Position numbers and translations under genes: made by a program. From Marsupella aquatica (taxonomy: Eukaryota; Plantae; Marchantiophyta), in the NCBI GenBank assembly GCA_973895155.1, contig OZ316893.1:22789844-22853843 (forward strand): a stretch of DNA of 64,000 nucleotides, given 5' to 3'. The notes under the pieces were generated by a model, which ran no database searches, was not told where the DNA came from, and saw only the letters and a list, made by a program, of their open reading frames with translations. Below, piece after piece: positions 50,080 to 61,689 of the stretch. The stretch's first letter is position 1. Each line of letters starts with the position of its first letter.

Positions 50080-52530
50080 TTAAAGCTGAAACTCCGGAAA
50101 AGCTACAGGAAACTGGACCAAATAGTTGTAATCTCTCGAATCTGCGTGTTTGAGGCCCAGAGCTGAGCATCTTTCGGCATCCTTTCGCGCTCCGTCTGTG
50201 TCCCCCAGTAAGAACTTGACATAGCCCCGGTGCTTCAAGCATTCATAGTCATCAGCGGTAATTTCCAAGGCTCTTGTCAGGTCTTCCAATGCTCCGTGGA
50301 GATTGCCTGCCATGCGCTGTAGTATTCCCCTTACTTGCAAGAAGAAATCCCTATCATTGTAGCCATACACACTGGCGTCGAAATCGTCCCAAATTGCAAG
50401 GGCTCCCAGAAATTCCTTCTCCTTTACTTTCTCTCTAACTTGCTCATGCGACAACCTGAAACGTTCTCCCACCCAATGCTCCCGTCCCTTTAGGCTGAAC
50501 TTCAGAAATGCTAGGGGTAATTGCACCACAGGATCCATTGCTATGCATCTTTCTGCATCCCTTCGCGCTCCACTGTCATCCCCCATCAAGTATTTGGCAT
50601 AACCCCGTTGCTTGAGCAGGTCATAATCGTCGTCGCCTATTTCCAAGGCTGCTGTCAGGTCTTCCAAAGAACCATGGAGATCGCCTGCCATTCGCTTCAC
50701 TATTCCCCTTTCTTTCAAGAAGAAAACAGTATCATTACAGCCACACACGCTTGCGTCAAATTCATCCCAAATTGCAAGGGCTCCCAGAAAGTCCTTCTCC
50801 CTTACCTTCTCCATGACTCTCTCATGTGACAACCTGAAAAGATTTTCCAACCAATGCTGCCTTCCCTTCAGTCTGAATTTCAAAAATGCTACGGGCAATC
50901 CTCCCAAACAATCCCACCCAAGCACCACAGGATCCATTGCCATGCATCTGTCTCCATCCTTTTGCGCTCCACTGTCATCCCCCATCAAGTATTTGACGTA
51001 ACCCCGATGCTTGAGCAGCTCATAATTGTCGTCGTCTGCTTCCAAGGCTTGTGTCAGGTCTTCCAAGGCTCCATCGAGATCGCCTGCCATTCGCTTCAAT
51101 AACCCCCTTTCTTGCAAGAAGAAAACCCTATGATGATAGCCACCCACCCTGGCGTCGAAATCGTCCCAAATTGCAAGGGCTCCCAGAAATTCCTTCTCCT
51201 TTACCTTCTCCATCACTTTCTCATGTGAGAACCTCCAAAGATTTTCCTCAAATCGTTCACTTCCCTTCAGTCTGAACTCCAAAAATGCTACAGACAATCC
51301 TCCCAAACAATCAGGCAAATCCACCACAGGATCCATTGCCATGCATTCTTCTGCATCCTTTCGCGCTCCACTCTCATTTCCCATCAAGTATTTGACATAA
51401 CCCCGATGCTTGAGCAGCTGATAATTGCCGTCGACTGTCTCATATTCAGAGTCATCACCGGAAATCTGCAAGGCTGTTGTCAAGTCTTTCAACGCTCCAT
51501 GGAGATCGCCTGCCATTCGCTTCAGTATTCCCCTTTCTTTCAAGAAGAAAACCCTATCATCATAGCCACACACCATGGCGTCGAAACCGTCCCAATTTGC
51601 AAGGGCTCCCAGAAATTCCCTCTCCTTTACTTTTTCCATGACTTTCTGATGTGACAACCAGAAAAGATCTCCCAGCCAAAACTTCCTTCCCTTTAGTTTG
51701 AACTCCAAAAATGCTACGGGCAATCCTCCCAAACAACCGGGCCCATCCACCACAGGATCCATTGCCATGCATCTTCCTGCATCCTTTCGCGCTCCATTGT
51801 CATCCGCCATCAAGTATTTGACGTAGCCCCGGTGCTTGAGCAGCTCATAATTGTGGTCATCCATTTCCAAGGCTGCTGTCAGGTCTTCCAGCGCTCCATG
51901 GAGATCGCCTGCCATTCGCTTCAGAATTCCGGCTTCTTGCAAGAAGTAAACTCGATTATAAAAGCCTAAGACTCTGGCATCGAAATCGCACCAGATTGCC
52001 AAGGCCCCCCGGAAGTCTGAAATTGTGCCCTTGTCTATCACTTGAGACAATACTGACTTCACTTGGTTATCCTCCTCCTCTATTTCTCTTTGTCCTGCCA
52101 GCCTGAAATGCATATAAGATACTGTTTCGTTCGTGAACGCTGAGGTGAGCAACCATCCATGAAAATAATTTCTGCCCCGGTTTGTGCAAAGAAGTTTCAA
52201 GGCATTCGCGCCATCATCTTCTGCACGACCGAGATCCTCCAACAAGAAGTTCACGTAGCCTCGGTACCTCCAACACTCATACAGGCTGCGGTACTCATCA
52301 GAATCTGCATGATCAGGGATTACTTCCAATGCGGCCGTGAGATCTTCCAAGGCTCCCTGGCGATCTCCCGCCTTACATCTCAATATGCCCCTCTCTTGCA
52401 AGCAGAATCTCAGGAACGCGGGTTTTACCCCTTGGAGGTTTGCGGGACACATATCTACTAGAGCTCCCTCATAGTCATGTTCCGACACCTTCTCCATCGC
52501 ATTTTTGTGGATGCTCGTCATGAGCCATTG
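50080..52530 (-). repeat. Intragenic tandem array of six TPR-like units (periods 378-426 bp among the conserved units)
   Basis: The anchor AAATTGCAAGGGCTCCCAGAA (or a one-base variant) is at 50391, 50769, 51168 and 51594. More divergent units lie near 51995 and 52460. Confidence 0.9.
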
Positions 52531-55500
52531 TGGCGGTACGATGTTGGAGTCCTCACCGGTCAAAGAGAAACGCTTATCCTGTACCTGAAAGATCTTGCGT
52601 GATGAGGCTAGAGGGGCCGCACCAGCGTCTCCCAACCAAGTAGGCACTTCCTTGACGTATGGGAGGACAGAGAGCTCCAAAGTGCGCAAAGACAGCATAC
52701 TCTTCATGAAGTCAGGAATGCTCCTTATAGAAAGCCGCGAAAGAACGAGACGAGTAAGCGCCTTCAGTTTGGCAAGAGAGTCGGGCAGCTTCTTGATCGG
52801 AATAAGACTTGTGTTTCCACTGATTTCCAAGTTTTCTAACTGCGTGAGTTCGCCGAAGGGAAATACTGAGAGGATATTCGAAGGACAATCTGTCAGCTCA
52901 AGGCGCTTCAAACTGGATAGTTTTCCGAAAGAACTCACGACGGTTTCGAAGTGAAATCCTTGCAACTTGAGGTCTTCCAATGCTAATAGGTTTCCAAAGG
53001 AGTCGGGGGCTCGTAAGTCGCGACAACCACGGATTTCTAGGTTCTTCAAGGCAGACAGGTGTCTAAAGGAGTCGGGCAAGGCTTGCAATTCCCAACAGTC
53101 AGTGATTGCTAGGTGCTCCAAGGCGAACAGGTTTCCAAAGGACTCGGGCAGAGCACGCAACTTCCAGCATTCCCGGATTTCTAGGTGCTTCAAGGCAGAC
53201 AGCTCCCCAAAGGAGTCGGGCAAGGCTTGCAATTTGAGACGCCTGATTTCGAGGTGCTTCAAGGCAGACAGGCTTCCAAAGGAGTCGGCCAAGGCTTGGA
53301 ATCTGTCACAATCATAAATTTCTAGGTGCTTCAAGGCAGACAGGTTTCCAAAGAACTCGGGCAGGGCACGCAAGTCCCAACAACGACTGATTTTTAGGTG
53401 CGTCAAGGCAGTCAGGGTTCTAAATGAATTAGGTAGGTATAAGAAGGCACAACCAATGAACACAAGACGATCGAGTTCGGATAGATTCCCGAAGGTGTCA
53501 GGAAGGGAACCTAAGCCACCGCACTGCTCAAATTCAAGATCCTTCAACTTGAATAGAGCACCCAATTCCTCGGGCAGCATACGAAGTCGATGGCAATACC
53601 TGAATTTTAGGTACCGCAGCTGCGATAGTTTGTAAAACGTCTCAGGCAAACTGTTCAGATCGCAGTTCTCGAATTCCAAATGTTCCAACTGGAATAAATT
53701 GCCGAATTCATCCGGTACAGAGTGCAAGAATTTACAGATAAAGATCCTAAGAGCTAATAATTTTCCAATAGATCTGGGTAGGACCCCCACACGGTCTAGA
53801 TACAAAACCACGAGACGGTCTTGAAGCGCAAAGTTGAAAGTATCAAGGCGTCCAACACATTTGAGTACGACAAGCTTACTCGGGAATGATCTCTCTTCCT
53901 CAACACCATCAATGAAAAGCGGGCCATCCACTTCCAGATACTGCAATTTCTTGAGTTTGTGAAGCCTGCGGCTTGAAATGTGAATTTCTTCACTTGAGGA
54001 AGCATCACTTGAGGACATCCCGCTGTTGGACAACCGCAAGGCATGAATATCCTACAATGTCATACCACCTCACCATTTAGTTTAATCTCATCACTTCAGC
54101 GCTAGTTGAGGACTTTCAATACATACAATTTACACAACGACTACTGCAAACGCATCTAACTTGTTGTCATTCCTGAAACCCTCGTATACTGGACTGCGAT
54201 AAAATGCTTCGCAATGTTACATATGCCTCAAACTTGACACCTGACCACCAGAGAGTTTAATCTCATCAATGTAGAGCTCACCTGATTCGCCAACTCCTCA
54301 TTGTCTTGTAGTAGCTTTAAAGCAATTTTCTGATCCCATACTCTGGACATTCCACTGTTACTCAGCTCAGCAGCTATTTTTTGTCCCAGACTTAGAAGTT
54401 GGTCATGTATCTCAATAGGTTCATTCTCCTCCACATGATAAACAAGAGACCTGTCCACCAAGGTTTCCCATTGTAGGGTCTCGTACTCCGTCTCATATGC
54501 TGTCCTCCAAGCTGCTTTTGCATCGCGCAAACACCAAGAACGCCCTTGAAAGAAAGTTGTGGCATCTAGGAACATTTTCTGCTCCACCTCGTCAAGTCCG
54601 TCGTAGCTCACTCTCAACTTTGCCCACAATCTCTTGTCAAGATCTCGAATATTGTCAGCCTTTATCACAGCTTGCAAAGTTTGCTGCCAAAACTTGCTAT
54701 CCTGTTTGAATTTTAGGTGATTTCCAAGAACTTCAAGCGTAAGGGGCAGCCCAGAACACTTCTTCACTATCGAAACCATATCACGTTTCAAGTTTGCGGG
54801 TAACGTTTCAGGCTGTGGGAAAGCATGGCTTAGGAACAGCTCTTCTGAATTTTTTTGGTCCAAAAATGGGACTTTAAAAATATAAATACCGGCCACGCGG
54901 ATGAGAATGTCCCTATCGCGAGACGTAACAATGAACCGACTGTTTGAAGAGGGACCATCAACCATGTGCGATAATACGGTTATATCAAGATCATCACTGA
55001 TATTATCCAAAACAAGTAGTAGTTCCTTCTCAATCAAAGCAGACCAGTCCTCCTTGTCTTCAACCTTCCTTCCAAGGCGGTGCAAATGTTTCCACACTAC
55101 CTTCTTTACCTCCTCAATGCCCCCTCCTTCCACCTTGAGATCAGGGACAAAACAACTGTACTCGTATGCGGGACTTAGTTCATTGAATACCGCCCGTGCG
55201 AGAGTGGTTTTCCCAAGCCCACCCATGCCCACCAAGCCCAGCGTTGTAAATTTCTGAAGCCTCCTTTTAACCTCCTGTACGAGAACGTCCATATTGACCA
55301 TGTGCTTTGGCAGAAATTCCCGATTTTGACGAATAGCTTGCCTTTCAACCACGGCTCTTTCTTCCTAGATTTGCAACAAGAGCAGGTTAGAAAAACAGCA
55401 ATCCTAAAGTTTTGATATGAATTTTGACCTTTCATTTGAGAAGACAGGACACAGGATGTCACTGGAAAACAAGGACATGCTGTTGTTGCATGAAATGACT

Positions 55501-57126
55501 AGTTAATTAAAGTAACGCCCTTCGCTGAAGTTTGTTTCTGGGCAACCTTTGAATTGTCGCAAACGCTGCTGAGGAGTGTTGTGAGGGCGGTGAACCTTCT
55601 GGAGGTTCTCTTCTTAGGTCTGCAAACGGAGAAATGGTCTGCGTCCTCATCAACATTAAAATACATTCCATCTCTGGCAGAGGCTTCTTCTACTACGGTA
55701 ATACCTTGGAATATGCCCTGCAAGACCACAGAGAAGATGTCAAATTGATGTAACGAAAAGGCAAATGGACATCGCTTTACCACTGGTGAGGCTTGTACTC
55801 AATAACATTTCAATAGTTGAGAGACTCGAAGTACGGACATTTATGTAAACTACGGTACATGTCTTGGTACCATATATTCAGAAAAATCAAACTCTACAAT
55901 CCAGATGAATATGCTTAGAAAAGATAACAAAATTTGTGCTTGGCCGAGACTTCCCCGTTTAAGCTCATCAATACACTACAGCGCCCAATTTTCAATTGAC
56001 CCGTCAAATGACTGGCCAAATTCATGACAAGACTTGCTACACTCTGAACCAGCTAAAAGAAAGGTAGAGTATGAAATCATCTGAAAGGATAGCAGCTGTA
56101 CCGTTTTCACAGCGCACATTTCCCCCAATCCTCCGATTTCCCACTTTCCGTAACGCGTGCATAAATTTTGGAAATCGAAATTCAGCCGGACCGTGCGTTC
56201 ATTTAGAATGGTGAAATAATCAAACAAACGGCGGCTCAAGACGCCTCTTGCTTTTCCTATATCAGCACAGCCGCGATGAGGGGTACTGTAGTAAAATACC
56301 CCTCTCAAATTATCAAGGAATTTCTCAACCTTGACCGCGTTCATGCTAGGCTTGGATGTGGCGTCTGCACGACGACACAGTTCCTTGATGACCAAACCCC
56401 CAAAAGAGTGGCCCACCAAGACCACCGGGCAGTGAGGCGTCTGACCAATGTTTGCCTGCATCAGATCACTGATCAAGTTTTCGCTAATTATGCGCATGTC
56501 AAAGTTCTCAGCAGAACGATAAGAGACAGCCAGGATATGTGCGTCAGGGAACTCCTCCGCGAGCCAGGACTTCGGCCAAATACAGCTTCCATCCCCACTT
56601 ATCCAGGTAGATAAGTGTGGTTCTGAGGATTCCCCAAACGGAAGCCCATGGAAGAATAAGACTTCTAAGGTGGGATCACCCTGCGGCTTGTGAAGCTCGT
56701 GGAGGGAGTCATTCACCTGAGATATCACGAACACAAGAAGCCAAGTGTCATTGGTTCATCATACTCGATCTGGTTCCAGAGAGTGCTGCAGTAGAAGAAA
56801 AACTCAGACATCCTAATACATTTTCTTAACAGCTTTCTCTGAAGTTGACCGTTTGAGCCAATTCAGGAAAGAATGTAAAAACGGTCAATCCACAGAGTAT
56901 CACTAAGGTAGAGATGAGGGGCCGTATGGATGATCACCTCCGGAGCTTGCAGACTCCATTTTTTTTCCACCTTGCTACGGCCTCGATTAGCTACCACGGG
57001 TCTCAGGAAGAAAAAGCCAAGCAGACAACAGAATATCAAAATAGACAGTTGGGCTATTTCGTCATTCGCCACTAGAATCGGAGAAAACCGCGCCCAAATT
57101 ACAAAAATCCAATCGATGGCACCCAT
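50080..57126 (-). CDS. Alpha/beta-hydrolase-NB-ARC-LRR (HNL-type) NLR immune receptor with N-terminal hydrophobic segment and C-terminal TPR-like repeat array, ~2009 aa, 5 exons
   Basis: Phase-0 GT-AG exons 57126-56938, 56716-56102, 55717-55547, 55364-54282 and 54051-50080 join with no stops. Hydrolase motifs VLFFHGL, GHSFGG, STPHRG and DADHFSVCRP. NB-ARC motifs GMGGLGKTT, LLLVLDNI, FIVTSRD, GLPLTL and IHD. 24-aa LRRs (LQALPDSFGxLSALKHLEI), then six ~130-aa repeats containing GALEDLTxALE..YELLKHRGYVKYLMGD. Confidence 0.92.
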
Positions 57127-60100
57127 GGCGAGCCTCAGAAGAAATACGACCACTTGTCGCCCTCAAGCATTGGGCCCTTCGAGTCCAAATCCTGCACCTA
57201 GCCCAAGAATGGGTCAACTGGTCAGTTCCATCATTGTGACGCCAGACTACACTAATTCAAGAAGCACTGAAATCGGAAGGCTAAACTTTTTCCATTACAA
57301 AGGGTAACGAGAACCGCTGATCAGGTACCTTCAAAATGTTCAATATTATCCGATGTGTTTTTCGTACTGCAAACATCACTCTCATATTTTTTATCGTATA
57401 GACTTCGATGCGCGCGGATTAGCAAACTCGATTGAATGAGGGAAAGCACATGGTTGTGCTTCGCTAACACTTTCTCTCGCAACTGCATTGATGTAAGCAC
57501 GCATATCAGAAAGGAAGATAGATCTACCGTAGTTCGTCTTGAGCGCAGATCAGTGAATATTATGACAAAGAAAGTCAGTGGGAGACTTGGACAGCCGTAG
57601 AACGATCATCCGTGCTGCGCACTCATGAGGTGAGCAGCTATCATTCGGGCCATCGTTGTAGCCACATCTGACAGTAGCTAGCCGATTTACCACGGAATGA
57701 ACTCTCCTCAGCGGCAAAACAGATAGAGTGACTCAAAGCAGAGGATTGGAAGCAGTGCAACAACCCAACTCCAAAGTCGAAGTACAATAGAATCTGAGAG
57801 TTTGTGATGGATCGTCAGTGCCTTCACTTTCCGACAACTTTGAGAGTAACTGGGAGAATACCTGTCCGATTCAGGAACCATGTGACGTTGCCTGCCAACA
57901 CACATAACGCATCTGCAGAGCGAGGACATACATTACAGAGCTCATAGAAACAACGCAACTGCCTGTAGTGAAGAACAGCAAAGCGAGCATACTGTGTGCG
58001 TACCTTTCTGCCTGGAAGGTATGGCGACGGCAGTGGATAGATTCAATCTGGGGAGCGCGAGTCTCGGTCCTGCACCTCAATCTCGGCCATCAGGAGATCC
58101 AGGAACCGAGCAAGCGACGATAACTAGTTCAAGTGGAGCACTCAGAAACTCGGCCCTGAATGGTTTAGCAAGGCCACGCCAGATTCGAAATTCAGCGTCG
58201 CGTATCGAACAGAATCTGCCATCAGGGCCACCGGTCTTGCTTAGAACGCAGCTGGTCTGGGAGGGAGTGTGGTCCGATGTCAAACGGAGCTGCGCCCAGA
58301 AGTCTTCCCGATCGAAACAATAACATCACGAAGGAATCCTGTGATGTAAAGTGACACTACAGTATTCTATGCAGAACCGAAAAGCCTAAGTTACTGTGTT
58401 TTAGCACGAGCGACTCAACGAGGATAGTCGGGATGGACACTTCTCGTGTGAGCTTTGATTTTTGGTTCGAGCCCTAATCTATAGTTCGATGGCGTTCGTA
58501 CAACGCGGCGAATCCATATCACGCGGCGTCCAAACCGACTTCCACTTGCGAACCTAATTAATAATGTTCTACTTCCGTCCAGGAACCCGGGCGGGAACTT
58601 CATAAGGAGGAACGACAGTCAAATGAATGCATGTTTTCTGCTAGAGAAGTCATCAGGAGATAATTTTAAAGAGCCTACAAAATCTTACTCACGAGCAGAG
58701 CGTGGGTTTAGACTGACAATAAAATAATGTTCTTCTGCTGCACGTCCGTGCACGGGGAAATCTCGGGGGGGAGGGAGAAAACTCGGGTCAAGAAGGGAGA
58801 GAGCCAATCCAGGTTTGTTCGGCCCCGATCTCCATCCTGCACTGCCGCACTAGGTTTGTCTGGAAGGGACAGTAGGAAGCTGGAAGGGAGGCCGGCCTTA
58901 GACGGTCATCGAAGGAAATAAATGGAGTCAAGCTTTGATTAAAGTTCCAAAGTTCCACTTGATTTGCGTTTCTCAATGATGGCCTGGACATTAATGATGT
59001 GCGTTCAGATTCTAGAGAAGTAATTTCAGGATTAGGAGAATGGTGTTCCGAATCTATCGAGGAGAGAAAATCATAGAGAGACCTTGAAAAATCGTTGTGC
59101 TCGTCTGTGAACAAATCTTTCCAGTTCCACGCATTGTTGTGCATAATGACTAAGAACAAATCACATCAAATCTTACAACAGCTCAGATTTGCTATAGAAT
59201 TGAAGGGCGACACACCCTGCGGTTAAATAAATCACATTTTGGAATCCATTCAAATCAGCTGAGTTCCGCTAGTGAATCTCATCCCACACACGTCCATGCT
59301 TGTCCGGATCCTCTCAAGTGAAAGTAATGTACAGATATAGTTCCAACATAAAGCCTGTTAAATGGAAATTGACCGGAAGAAACTTCGTCTCAAAATTCAT
59401 CTCAAATGACGGAGATTTCAATCCCCAATTTCCACAGAATGTAATCTGCCCTATGCTGACTTTCAGAATGGTCAGAGGAGCTTAACTATAAGTTTCAAGT
59501 ATCTTTTATGTCCAGTCTGACCAATGATGCTGCCCCCATCAATCTTGTATCCTATAAGCGCCTTGAAAAGCAAGAACATGGTGACGCTGCTACTAAGATC
59601 AAGAATAAAATCCTTCCTGGATGCAATTGATCGACAAAAACAAATCTCCAAGCTCGAAGATTCTGTCCGATGTGTCGTTTGTGACGACTACTGACAACTT
59701 TTCAAACTATGCAAAAACTAGCAGCTGGAATCATGGAATTCGAAGAAGACGATTTCCATTGCTGGAATTGTCAGTTGATCACATCATCGGTGTTAATCTA
59801 TAGATCAAACCATTTCAGAAGTCTGTAGAAGAGAAGAATTCAGCATTACTCCGTCACAGATTTGTGCAGCTTGCACTGTATGTATCGAGTCCTCCACCAT
59901 CACGCCAACCCTACTCAAGAGATCCATGCAGTACGTACACTTCTCTAATTTTGATTCAATGTCCACTCACTCAAGCCACGAGCTTGAATTCTGCTAATAT
60001 TGTACATTGGAATTTTCAAGGCTCCAGATGTGTTACTACCGCTTCCTTCACGTTTTCTTTAACTTGTTCAATCAATCCCTTGATATCAATCAGTTCAAAA

Positions 60101-61054
60101 AAGTTCAACTGAGACAGCCTAAGTTCGGACGACCCTGACGACCTCTGTTCTTGTTTATTATGGTTTGATCGTGCAAAGCTAGCACGTTGCAAAGGGTAGT
60201 GCTTGGAAAGTGGCTAAGGATGCTTATGACGGTTTTATCCAGCTCCGAGATGTGGGAGGTACATCGTCTGTCTTAGCATCTCAGTTGATTGTTGTCGTAT
60301 ATCGCTATCAACTTGCAAACATTCCACATACAACTCGGGCTTGAATTCGGATTTCAATTGTTCGAAGCAAATAGGTTTGATGTTCGGGGGAGAAGTAAAA
60401 GATGCGTCCCCATCGATCCAACAGACTTCGGTATTTTGAAACTGAATTATCTATCACTCATCCTCTAGCACATGAGTTCACTGACAGACTGTTCTTGCAA
60501 GGGAAGGGACGGAGAGAGATAGGGATCGATGTGCCAGGGCAGTCACTTCCGGGGGACTGTGTAAGATTTTCGATCTTGGGCTTACCAAGGAATTGTACAT
60601 TCAAATTCCCGTGCATGAGTTGCTTTTCACTGGCATTGGAGACGGCTGTTGAGAAGCTCGTACCGTATGGAGGACAGTAATATACATTCAACTATTAATC
60701 GCGCGCTGTTCATTGTAGCAAGGGACGTGACTTCAGGGTGGTGTAAGCTTTTCATATTCTTAGGCAGGCGTTTTGAAGATGACGAAGAGTGAACGTGGGT
60801 CGAGCATAGCTTTAGCGATTGACAGCTCTTTGCAGAACCAGCGCACTCTAAATCAGCATTCGAGATCGCTACTGAAGCTGCGACTTTGGCAGGAGAACCT
60901 CTGACGGCAGTGATCTCTCCGCCATCCGTATTGGACTGGCCCTCATTAACAACAAATTCAGCATCTCGACGAGGCAGCCAGCTCTCCTAAGAAACCACAG
61001 ATTCCGTCAAAGGCAGCACTATGCATGCTGTTGGTAGCTGTTGGTAAAGAATTA

Positions 61055-61245
61055 TGGACGAAGTTGCATTCATGTGAGCTTTATGGGTTTGAGCCAGTTG
61101 GAATAGGTGTTAGTAAAGTAACTCGGTAGTTGGACTAGGTGTTAGTAAACTCGGTTTCTGTTCTAGAAGTGGAAGATGATGAGCTTGTAGCAATGATTGA
61201 AATGTAAAGAGAAATGACCAACCAAAGAAGTCATCTGGACTATGG
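61055..61245 (+). pseudogene. 3' fragment of an F-box/Kelch paralog
   Basis: TGGACGAAGTTGCATTCATGTGAG..GGGTTTGAG..GATGAGCTTGTAGCAATGATTGAAATGTAA aligns with 36164-36320. It has an internal duplication, and TAC has become TAA. Confidence 0.8.
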
Positions 61246-61632
61246 TACACGGGATGGCCTCTGGCACATTCAAGAAGAGATACTCCAAGTTCAGCCAGTC
61301 CCACCACCTCCACCATGAGCCCCTCTCTTCTGCAGGTTTTGAGGCTACACTGCTGTTAGTTTCCTTCTTATCGCGGACCCACTGTATGGGACCTTGCCGG
61401 TCCTTGATCACTGGCCCGTCTTTGGGAGTGTGCTGCTCCTGTAGTACTTTCCAAATTTCTTGTTTGGCTGCCCTCTCGGAGGCTTAGCTTCTTATTACCT
61501 GGTACCAGCTTCACCAGTTGCGGCACGTCGACCATTGGTCCCCCTGGGTTGGTGTCCAGTCTTGGGCCCCCTTTTTTGTATGCTCACTACTTGAATGAAA
61601 TTCATTTAGTTTTTTCAAGGCCAAAAAAAAAA
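61246..61632 (+). mobile_element. Probable 3' end of a truncated non-LTR retroelement
   Basis: Abuts the F-box remnant and ends in TTGAATGAAATTCATTTAG..CCAAAAAAAAAA (A10 tail). No recognisable domain or TSD. Confidence 0.35.
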
Positions 61633-61689
61633 GGTTTATGGTCAAAATATGCTCTTGTTCAAAGCCAACTCTTGCTAGAAAGAGTTTAA

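Noticed and set aside
50521-57307. Multiple plus-strand ORFs over the NLR
   Set aside because: Antisense shadows of repetitive coding sequence.
58700-59520. Possible divergent partner gene upstream of the NLR (123-aa ORF 58788-59159)
   Set aside because: No recognisable domain or coherent exon chain. At most a decayed fragment.
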